Assembly: GCA_000934665.2 (NCBI GenBank)
Contig: KZ538273.1
Span: forward strand, 62,001 to 88,661
Source of the DNA: Catajapyx aquilonaris
Taxonomy: Eukaryota
DNA: 26,661 nucleotides
Reading direction: 5' to 3'
Shown here: in pieces, positions 1 through 9,194 of the stretch
How the letters are laid out: every line of letters starts with the position of its first letter
How positions within the stretch are numbered: the stretch's first letter is position 1
Notes under the pieces: model-generated
Told to the model about the DNA's origin: nothing
Database searches by the model: none
What the model saw: only the letters and a program-made list of their open reading frames with translations
Made by a program: the position numbers and the translations under genes

Positions 1-767
1 TCTGGGGGTTTAAATAGCATTTCATGCGGATATGAGGGTTTGCCTCTGTAACGTTTCATAATTACGGGTGTTAACATTAATTATGGTGATAACTGCTGTT
101 ACGATTATAATATGATATGTGATGTGCTATGAGATGTGACATAAATTCAAATGTGTGGCAGTAATGTCATGTATTAAGCATATAACTGGTTTAAAAATGT
201 CGGCTCATAAAACTACCTTGATCAACATCGCACTTTCTATATAATAACATATGTCAAAACAATTCGGCTGCTAAAACCCCGAATTGTGCAAACTCATTGT
301 TCCAACCGGATCAGAACTTTTTAAAACTAAAATAGTTGGCTGCGCGTCCCCAATTTTAGCCCGTATCTATTCATATGAATAGTTTTAGCCTTTTTAATTG
401 ACATCATTATATATTGTTCCTGGTTTTGCCGTTGTCCATTTACCAGACTTGGACAGTGGTGGTCGCCCTGATAAAACCACCCCCACAAAAAAAAATCCCC
501 CAACAAAATTGGGAACCATTCACCCTATTGGCAACCCCACGTTCAGGTTCTAACAAGACCCATGTATCGCACCTTCCATCAATAAATCTCCAACAATAGC
601 AGCTCTTTTAGCGACTCCAAATTTATTATGCCTCTCTTATCGTCTCTTACTGCCCAGATTTATCACAAGTCCTTTATTTACAGGAAGCTCTAACGACATT
701 GGCCCAAATCAGATGGGACTTGGGGACGTCCCATAAGGAAAGATTAACAGGGGGGAAAAAGACGGTG

Positions 768-847
768 CCACTAGAGGCGCTGAGTGTCAACAGACACTCC
801 CGCTAGGTGTCAGCACTGCAGGTAAGCCACGTGTATCCGCCATTTTC
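768..847 (+). promoter_or_regulatory. Candidate cis-regulatory/insulator motif cluster (two CTCF-like motifs, E-box, YY1 motif)
   Basis: CCACTAGAGGCGCTG (768-782) and CCGCTAGGTGTCAGCA (800-815) resemble the CTCF core CCASYAGRKGGCRS. They are separated by a 7-bp hairpin GAGTGTC-AACA-GACACTC. CACGTG lies at 828-833 and the YY1-like CCGCCATTTT at 837-846. Motif matches were made by eye only. Confidence 0.4.
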
Positions 848-1962
848 TCTACTGCTTAATCACCATTTTATCAGTTTATGGAGAAGATCTAGACGCGACT
901 AGTTGTGCCGTAGTGCTTTACAACTACTGAGCCATTTCCACCCAGATCTATGCGTTAATTGGCTCCTCAAAACTAGCCTAACTCATGAACTGAGGTGGAG
1001 GGTTTTGTCCTGCTAACTGACAGTAAATGTGGTTGAAATGACACGCCCTGATTTTACCTACGTTTTGGCGCCCCCCAGAGAGATAACAATGTTAGGAGGC
1101 CTGAGGCTACTTAGCGCCATTACCCGAGCCCAACAGCTATCGCTAAAGCTTATTGACAGATTAGCCATGGTGTTAATGGCCGTGTTGTTGGTGGATGCAG
1201 GATGAAATGGAGATTGTTATAGATGCTATCAACAGGCCACTTTTTGAAAATTGCATTTTCTATGAAAAAAAGTCATGGCCAATTCGTACAACAATTATTT
1301 GCGCCATCTATACGAGTGGTGTGGTACTGTCTACATTTCCCAATTTAACACAATAGCCAGTTTAGCTTCAAATAATCATTTCGCTCCAACACAATACCTT
1401 ACCCCCATATGAATATTAATGTAATGCATATTCAGCTGTTATAAGTTCACCTATCCGTAGTACTCTCCGACGTTTAGAGGTAGTAGCACAATGCACTTTT
1501 GGCGACTGAACATGTTCCCCTCCCCCCCTCCCTATTGGTAATAATGATATGCAAAGCGTTGTAAATGTACATTGTAGTATTAAAACTCCCAGGCCTGGGT
1601 ATATTTTTTTTCTGCACACAAAGCATCGCATATCCTTTGATGTACGAGTGCTGGGGCTCCACAATTTTGTACTTGGACTCAAATAGACCGCGGTAGTATC
1701 GAGGACTCTGCAGGAATGTACTGTATACAGCGTAACATCAAAAAGAAGGGGGGGGGGTTGGAAAAGCAGGTGCAAGGTACTGCTACATTACGGATCACTT
1801 GTCAGATTTATTGGATCGGTTAAAGAGTAACATGCTGTTATGTGCAAGTATGCGTAACTGTACAGTACTGCATGATTAGAAGTACTTGTAAAATTAATGA
1901 ACTCGAAATGTGTCCAAAAAAAATCAGGATAGGCACCACATTGTTGAATTATGTCACCTTAA

Positions 1963-2367
1963 AGGGACACTCCACTCAAAAAACAAGTTTGGCTCTAAAA
2001 ATCGGGCAAAAAATCCTGAATCTGAAGGTGCAATCCGTTTTTCGCTACGCTTAACGGTAATCCCAGGGCGAGGGGTCAAAGTGTGTCGTCCACTAATGAG
2101 AGGCGCCTCCACGCGGGGAACAGGGGAACTGGAGGGCTGCACCGCTCTGGGATGGGCTTAAGCGCGCGGGCAGGCGGGAGCAGCCCTCCAGTTCCCAAGG
2201 TCCCGATGGCGGCGCTGGCGGACGGCCAGCTTCTAGCGAATTTCCCCACTTTGACCCCTCGCCCTGGGATTACCGTTCCGCGTAGCAAAAAACGGATTGC
2301 ACCTTCGGATTCATGATTTTTTGCCCGATTTTTAAAGCCAAACTTGTTTTTTGAGTGGAGTGTCCCT
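1963..2367. mobile_element. Non-autonomous Kolobok/T2-type MITE, 405 bp, TTAA target-site duplication
   Basis: TTAA at 1959-1962 and 2368-2371. Termini are AGGGACACTCCACTC...GAGTGGAGTGTCCCT. TIRs of ~121 bp (1963-2083 vs 2247-2367) differ at about 6 positions. There is an internal inverted pair GGGAACTGGAGGGCTGC/GCAGCCCTCCAGTTCCC. TTAA plus AGG termini are the known signature of Kolobok/T2 MITEs (piggyBac ends usually begin CC). Confidence 0.88.
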
Positions 2368-2653
2368 TTAAGAGTGCTGATGGCTCAGATGGCTAGACAT
2401 ACAGTATTTTATGGCTATGTAGACCATTGCGAATATTTTTGCAATAATAGTTGCCATTTAATGAAAATGACAAAATTTTACGAAGTAAGAAGCTACTAAC
2501 TATAGCTGCAACACTGGCGTCACTTGTAACTATATCCGTTACGTCAGTACACTGCTCTGGTTATAACTGCATGGGGTAATATTTCAGAAAAAGAGGCCTC
2601 TAAGTGCAAGTGAAATTTACGATCAAATTACCTAAAATTTAAGTGTAAAAGTG

Positions 2654-2687
2654 CAATAACCAGGTAAGTGTACTTACCTGGTTATTG
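2654..2687. repeat. Perfect 16-bp-arm palindrome containing consensus 5' splice donor CAGGTAAGT on both strands
   Basis: CAATAACCAGGTAAGT-GT-ACTTACCTGGTTATTG; the arms are exact reverse complements. Confidence 0.9.
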
Positions 2688-3504
2688 TGGCCTACGCACT
2701 GTAATCACGCCTAATTACAACTTTAAAAGAGCTTAGGGACTATGCCTCACTGATCAATCCCTAACAATGCACATGAGGCAACAATAATTTTTTCCCCTAT
2801 CGGATCGACAATTTTCGTTTTCCAAAAAAGCTTCGGAATATACAGCCCCCCCATATTAGTCCTGTTTCTAGACACAAAGTTAGACGTCAGGCCATGCATA
2901 AACAAAAAGCTTGGCTGGAAGGCATCTCCGTACACAGCATCACCAAGCCTGCGTGCCTGCTCCGTAGACTAAGACGATTATCAACCGTTCCCCGGATTAC
3001 CTTTTCTCCGGGGAGGTTTAAAGCCTCTGAAGCTATTCGCCAGGCCTTAGCACAGCATCCACTTGGGCTCCGGAGCCTGGTGACAAACAGGGACGACTTT
3101 GGCCTCTGGATGGTAAAGGTTACGGGAACAAACTGGGGTGTCCTGGCCCTCACATTTTGCTAATCATGTAATGAGCAGGATTATTACGACATCAAGGGAT
3201 ATTATTTTTGTTTGGGTGAGTCATGAAGACAATATATTTGCATTGTTTGGGGCTTCTAGTAATGGATTGGATGAAGAAACATTTGAAAATGATGAAATGG
3301 GCACTGGCAGAGCCATCCGTAAACAAAGAAGCTTTCTGTTGTGTGATATCATACAAATTTAAAGGTTTATAAATATTTTAAAATAATTTTGTGAAATTTT
3401 TTACAGAATTTTGGACAATTTTTAACATAATTTTCTAACAAAAACCTCAAAGAATTATGCAGGACAATGTTTAAGAAAATTTTGAGACTTAAAAATTTTA
3501 AGTC

Positions 3505-3816
3505 TTTCACCAAAATTCTTTAAAGTTGTTATGAAATTCTCAAATACTTTTACTCGCTAAAATATTTTACAAAAATATTTTACAAATATTCTACAATTTT
3601 TTAAACAAATTTTTGCCAAATTCTTTGAAATTTTTGTTACTAAATTCTGAAAATATTTTCCAAAATATTTTCAAAATTTAGTAACAAAAATTTTAAAGAA
3701 TTTGGCAAAAAATGGTTTTAAAAATTGTAAAATATTTTGAACATATTTTTGTAAAATATTTTAGCGAGTAAAAGTGTTTGAGAATTTCATAACAACTTTA
3801 AAGAATTTGGGTGAAA
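3505..3816. repeat. Long AT-rich near-perfect palindrome (foldback), ~155-bp arms, essentially no spacer
   Basis: TTTCACCAAAATTCTTTAAAGTTGTTATGAAATTCTCAAA...TTACTCGCTAAAATATTTTAC pairs with GTAAAATATTTTAGCGAGTAA...TTTGAGAATTTCATAACAACTTTAAAGAATTTGGGTGAAA. The centre is at 3660/3661. It is embedded in an AAATATTT/AAATTT-rich block (~3360-3910). Confidence 0.9.
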
Positions 3817-3990
3817 AAAATTGTGAAAAGTCGTTTAAAAATGTGTAAAAATATTTAAATGGATTTTGTGAAATATTTCTTTTTATTTTGAAAGATTTTG
3901 AAACACATTTTAGCCTTATCTCGACTGCAATATTAATCCAAATTTTACAGTTTCATACCCATTTTACGCCCTTTAGACTTGTTAACGGAT

Positions 3991-4240
3991 ACAAGAGTCT
4001 TGAAAGTACAGCCTTGAGGTGACCCCCGAATGACCCCAGGCGATGTCAACAATGTTATTCATCACGGGTCTTTGAGATTGGCAGACATGTTTTTGCACCT
4101 GGTGTCAAATGTGGCGTACAAAGGATCAAAAGGAATAGTATCGCTTCAAAGTCGGTTTAAACTCCCACACCGTCTATTAGCACATGGGAAGAAGAGCCTG
4201 TTGCAAAAACAAGACTTTGTGACTTTCAGGACTTGTTAAA
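3991..4240. mobile_element. Possible non-autonomous Helentron-associated (HINE-like) or other small DNA element
   Basis: Imperfect subterminal inverted repeats AGTCTTGAAAGTACA (3996-4010) and TGTGACTTTCAGGACT (4218-4233). The left end is ACAAGAG with a CAAGAGTCTTG palindrome. The right end is AACAAG...CTTGTT followed by an A-run. Family assignment is inference. Confidence 0.3.
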
Positions 4241-4914
4241 ATATGCACCAAGGCAATGCAGGGATCCGCGAAACTTACATATTTGTATAAGACTCTCACA
4301 CGGCTGGGGTGAGCCACATGAGAAGTTGAAACATGTCATGCATGATTCAAGTACAGCATGCATGTAGGCCCCTCTAAGCAAGCCTCTAAGCTTAAGACAT
4401 CATGGTGTGTTCCAGTTGAGTAATGGAGTATAGAACAATGAACAATATATGCCATGAGAAGAATCCATATCAACAATGATGTCCGAGTAAGACGAGCTCA
4501 ATTGTAGGTTTTCCAAACGAACTTTTTGAGAAGCCAGAATATGACTGTTGTATTATATAAAAACATTTTCAAGCTATCATATTTTAAGTTTGAAGAAATG
4601 CGAAGCCTTAGACATACCCAGGAAATCAAATGCTCGGGAAACATGCAAAGCTTATAACAGTATGTCACAATGTGGTCGAAAATTGTGGCTTAAAGGTAAT
4701 TTGCCTTCAAATGTTTTAAATTTTACATTATATAGCATAAAGTTTGTATGTATGTCCGGGCTACCTAACCCACTTCCGGACTACTGAGAGTCCGGAACCT
4801 TTGCATACTAATCCACTGACTGAGAGAGAATTCTGAAAACTCCACTTTTTTGAGTCTCAAAATTTATGATTTTTTTTTGTCGCGTCACATATTTTATATC
4901 ACACATTTTAAAAA

Positions 4915-5210
4915 TCAAAATATATTATCATATACTATTTGAATACGGTTTAAAATAAGTTGACATATTTGCATGTACTTTTTGGATATTTTTAAAAATT
5001 TGTTCAGATATATTTTCATATATTTTTGATTATTTTTAAACATTTGTTCAGATATATTTTCATATACTTTTTGAATATTTAACAAAAAATTAGTTCACAT
5101 ATAGTGTATTTTCATATACTTTTTGAATACGGTATATTTAAAAATTAATTCGTGTATATTGTATATACTCTCTGAACACGGTTAAAATAGTTCACATAAT
5201 TATATTTTCA
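4915..5210. repeat. AT-rich degenerate minisatellite (~42-50-bp unit, core ATATTTTCATATACTTTTTGAATA)
   Basis: Recurring TTCATATACTTTTTGAATA and TTGTTCAGATATATTTTCATAT segments, about 6 degenerate copies. Confidence 0.7.
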
Positions 5211-5285
5211 TGCAGTCAACTCACTGCTAGGAGTTCACTTCAGGTACAGATGAAGTCCTATTGTTGCATATGTCGTAACATGAAC

Positions 5286-5319
5286 ACTCACCTGTAAAGA
5301 ATAGAAAACAAATTGTTAG
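5286..5319 (-). other. Candidate recursive splice site (ratchet point): juxtaposed 3' and 5' splice sites
   Basis: The minus strand reads CTAAC-AATTTGTTTTCTATTCTTTA-CAG|GTGAGT: branch-point consensus, pyrimidine tract, CAG acceptor immediately followed by a GTGAGT donor (junction between 5292 and 5291). Confidence 0.65.
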
Positions 5320-6062
5320 CCTCACAATAGCGACTATATCACCATTCAAACTTCTAACACTTGAAATATACAGGCAGTCCTATTCAGACACAAACATTCA
5401 CTGTGGGGGGCCTCCATGTTGATTCAGTCGTTTTGTTAGGTGTCGACCCACCTATCAAACTGGTCTCACAGAAAAATATGGGTCTAAAACAGCGATGCTA
5501 GAAGCCATGTCACATCCTCGTTTCTGCTCCCGGATTTATCGTTTGAAAGTGAATGGAGCTAGCCTTTCAATTGGTTGGCCGAGGGTGGAGGTTCTCCAAG
5601 GAGTCGTTGGGTCTCCTCCGGAATAGCCCGGAAAAAGAGACAGGTCTCCGGAGTGCGGAGCTGGAAAGATGCAGTTCCGAAGAAATAAGGCGGCTCTAAT
5701 GCATCATCGGTTACTTTTTCCAGGATTCCGCACTTTCTTTCCCTCCAATCTTCCCCTGCTAGATGGCGTGCAATCAAGCCCACGTCACTTCCCCCGGACC
5801 TCCTATTCCCCCGGATGGAGAAACGAGGCCTCGGTGGCCGAAAATACGGAGATAACGTGACGAAAACGCGGGTTCAAAATTGCCTCCAGGGATGGTCTCC
5901 CCCCCCTAACTCCATGTTTCAAAGGAGTCAAATCTTCTGGAAAATATTAGGCCGTATGCTCAAGATATTGTTTTAATGCAGAGTTCTGGTGGGACTGGAG
6001 CCAAAATGGCGTCTTGAAGTCTATTATGATGATGGTTGTGTGATCGTGACTTCGAATATATA

Positions 6063-6288
6063 CAGGGTGTTCCAAATTCGTGGATCGTTTTTTTATAACT
6101 GATATTGCCCGATTAGTTATTTTTTGTAGCTTGTTGCGCCCCTAACCAGGTGCTCCATTCTATAGAAACCGCTATATTCAATCACCTGGGTGTAATGGTG
6201 AACCTGGATCGCGGCACAAGTTACAAAAATAACTACTATTGGACTACGTCAGTTATTTAAAAATGACCGACGAATTTGGAACACCCTG
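6063..6288. mobile_element. Tc1/mariner-type MITE, 226 bp, TA TSD
   Basis: TA|CAGGGTGTTCCAAATTCGT...ACGAATTTGGAACACCCTG|TA: a perfect ~19-bp terminal match with imperfect inverted similarity continuing ~95 bp inward (ATAACTGA/TCAGTTAT, AGTTATTTTT/AAAAATAACT, CCAGGT/ACCTGG). TA is at 6061-6062 and 6289-6290. Confidence 0.85.
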
Positions 6289-6495
6289 TATTAGGAGTGA
6301 AAAGGTAAACTTTAAAATGCACAAATAAAAATATTGAGTGGGCCATTAAAGTTTTTAATTTTATTTCTTATTTATTGTTATTAATTGATTCCTTTCATTT
6401 TATTAATATAATGTGTTTTGATTCATTTTTTAATTTTGTTTAATTCTATGAAATTGTTTAATTTTTATTAATTTGTTTATTTTATTTTATTTTAC

Positions 6496-6525
6496 CAATT
6501 TCGTTAATAATAATTAACGAAATTG
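6496..6525. repeat. Short perfect hairpin (13-bp arms, 4-nt loop) in a T-rich low-complexity block
   Basis: CAATTTCGTTAAT-AATA-ATTAACGAAATTG. Confidence 0.8.
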
Positions 6526-6704
6526 TTATTCATTTTAATTTTTCATTCCATCTTCATTTTAATGTTTTGAATTAATTATGTAATTTTTCTTTTGATTTCA
6601 TTTACGGTATATCATTTTTGTGCATTTTATTTTTCTAGTTTAGTTTGATTCATATATTTCATCGACAGTTGTTAATTCCCAGAATTTATTTCATGTAGTT
6701 CAAA

Positions 6705-6895
6705 TTTATTTCATTAATTTCATGGATTAATTTCATTAATTTCATGGATTAATGTCATTAATTTCATGGATTAATTTCATTTCATCAATTTCATGAATTA
6801 ATTTCATTTCGTCAATTTCATGGATTAATTTCATTTCATCAATTTCATGAATTAGTCTCATTTCATCAATTTCATGAATTAGTCTCATTTAATCA
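6705..6895. repeat. Minisatellite, 22-bp unit grading into a 27-bp unit
   Basis: CATG cores at 6721, 6743, 6765 (22-bp period), then 6792, 6819, 6846, 6873 (27-bp period). Unit is approximately ATTTCAT(TTCAT)YAATTTCATGRATTA. Confidence 0.85.
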
Positions 6896-7944
6896 ATAGG
6901 TTTCATTTATTTCGATTAATTAATTTAAATAAATTTAGTATTCATTTAATAATAATCTATTAATTTTCAATGCCTCTACTTAAATAAATAATGCGCATTA
7001 TTAAATCCTACATAATCTGAGATTTTTATCCTTAATATGCGTCCAACCAAACGGGTCCTTTGTTAGTAAATACTTGAAACAAGTTTTCTAAAACGTAATG
7101 ACCTACTAAAAACCGGTTTCGACCTCTGTTAAAAAAAATACATGTTTGCAAAACTTCCCGGCGCAAACTTTAATCCCTCATGTTGCACCAATAGCGGAAT
7201 CGTTACTAGTCCCCGACGGGGGTTGTAATCCGGGGGTGTTGTCAGTAACTTTGAACAACACCAACGGTCCATAACAGGACCAGGCAACACCCGTGTTATG
7301 ATGCTGCACGGCACACGCGCTTTACATACATGAATAAAATGGAGCTCACTAGGTGAAAGCCAAAAACTCTATGAATACTCTGAATTTTTTTTTACTATGA
7401 GAAAAAAAATAGTTTTGTCAGGCAATTACTCTTCCTGAGCGATGACACATTTAGGACATGGACTGTCCCCCCTTTTTTTTGGTGTCGCCATACATTTTTG
7501 CAGAGTGAAGCGTCACAACTTCTTCGATCTTCTCATATTTACCAAAACACTCCGGTCGACAGTGAGAAAGTGCCAATTTTTCTGATGGCCTGGGTAAAAA
7601 CGCATGTTTTTCATAAACCCAGTTTTTTTTGTGTGGGTGTGTGTAAAAGCAAGCGCGAGAGTACACACCTGCAAACAAATTGGTGGTACTCTTCCGTGAC
7701 ACTTCCAACCCCCCTGACAGAGATATATGGGTGGACATGATGCGCAAAGGGCCCTTCACCCAAAGCAATTCCGTCCTTTCCATTAGTCCGGGAGATGGAC
7801 TGGCAGTCGACCCTACCCTAGTTTTGTCCCATGGATAAGAGTGAAAAGCCAATGGGAAACCGGCAACTATGTTTATTACAGTAGGACCAATGAGTTTGTT
7901 GGACAAATAGGAGAGTGGAGGAGAGTTTGGTTGAATTTCGTCAC

Positions 7945-8452
7945 ATTCTGCGCAGGCCTGAACAAAAGTTTTTGCTTCTACGCAGATTTTTTTTCATCGT
8001 TCTGAGCAGAAAAACACACTTTTCCCCATCTGCGCATGTCCTTATCGCCGTTCTGAGCAGGCCTTAATAAATTTTCACTTCTGCGCAGGTTTTTATTCAT
8101 CGTTCTGCTCAAGAAAGCACATTTTTCCGCTGCTGCGCATATCCTTCTCGCCGTTCTGCGCATAAAACATATTTTCACGCTTCTGCGCATGTTTTTTCAT
8201 TGTTCTGCGCAGAAAATTACACTAAATAGGATTCTGCGCAGTTCCTTTCCCTTGCGCTCAGGCCGTCCATATTTTCAGGTTCTGCGCAGGTTATTCTCAT
8301 CGTTCTGCGCAGACAAGCATATTTTCTAAGCTTCTGGGCAGGCACAGGTCATTCAGATTGTACTGCGCAGACTAGCAATTATTTTTCGGTTCTACGCATG
8401 CCCCCTGATCATCCTGCGCAGTGCATCTAATCACTACCGAATCTGCGCAGTC
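7945..8452. repeat. Degenerate array built on a TTCTGCGCA(G) core, roughly every 20-40 bp
   Basis: Many copies of CTGCGCA and one-mismatch variants (CTGAGCA, CTACGCA, CTGCTCA), with recurring TCATCGTTCTGCGCA and CATATTTT segments. Confidence 0.8.
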
Positions 8453-8945
8453 TACTCACAAATCACAATAATTATACCGCTTTATGAGTGCAAATTATTG
8501 CGTATTACCATACAAACAGTACATGTCTTGACACAACAATATTCGGACAATCAGCAGTACATTTTGGAATATGCAACAATCACGAACATTGCGCATCATC
8601 ACACATGTGCCAGATCATGTTATGTCCCCGGGAGCTGAGCTGGATCTATCCAAAATTTCCAATCAAAATCGGAGCATTATTAGGCATCGCACTGTGTATA
8701 GGTTACTGTATGTCCCACCTGTCACCGCTACTGTCATCGCATCTAACAGCTTATATATTACGCTCCGTTACTACTAATGAGCCTCACACTATGGCTTTAA
8801 AATATCGCTACTTTTAAAATTATTAATATAAGCGATACCGCATTTCGATACTGTGAGAACGATTTTTGATACTTTTATTAGCTATATTAGAACAGCTGCA
8901 AAGGCTATAAAAATATATTGCTGCCGAAATTGGGCGAAATTGATG

Positions 8946-9115
8946 TGTTTGTCCGGGGTGAGTAATCACCTCCACTCAACCAAGTCCGCGTAGTACCAAT
9001 GTCCATCGCATAGATGGCATATACGACCTCTCAGCACACTACTACCACTCTCAGTCGTGTGAGGGTACTACATGGACCTAGCTGAGTTGAGGTGATGACT
9101 CACCCCGGATAAACA
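8946..9115. mobile_element. Unclassified foldback/MITE-like inverted repeat, 52-bp arms
   Basis: 8946-8997 (TGTTTGTCCGGGGTGAGTAATCACCTC...GTAGTACC) is the reverse complement of 9064-9115 (GGTACTAC...GAGGTGATGACTCACCCCGGATAAACA) with 8 mismatches, mostly transitions. No TSD recognised. The inverted repeat is certain; the mobile origin is inferred. Confidence 0.65.
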
Positions 9116-9194
9116 GACAGCAAATCTATAATATTAAAACCATTTTCATGTTGTATGGTTATGCCTTCTGATTGCTCAGCCACACGACGATTCC

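Noticed and set aside
1842..2316. Cluster of five short ORFs as a possible transposase remnant
   Set aside because: They lie across the MITE TIRs, give mirror-image peptides on both strands, and show no DDE or DNA-binding motifs.
2671..2700. U1 snRNA gene or pseudogene (TACTTACCTGG)
   Set aside because: The match stops after 11 nt and no U1 stem-loops or Sm site follow. It is explained by the palindrome.
2887..3163. Overlapping 88/89-aa ORFs on both strands in a GC-richer stretch
   Set aside because: No recognisable domain and no convincing flanking splice sites. The length is compatible with chance at this GC content.
7451..7906. 151-aa minus-strand ORF
   Set aside because: Non-ATG start, no recognisable family, and it runs through homopolymer tracts.
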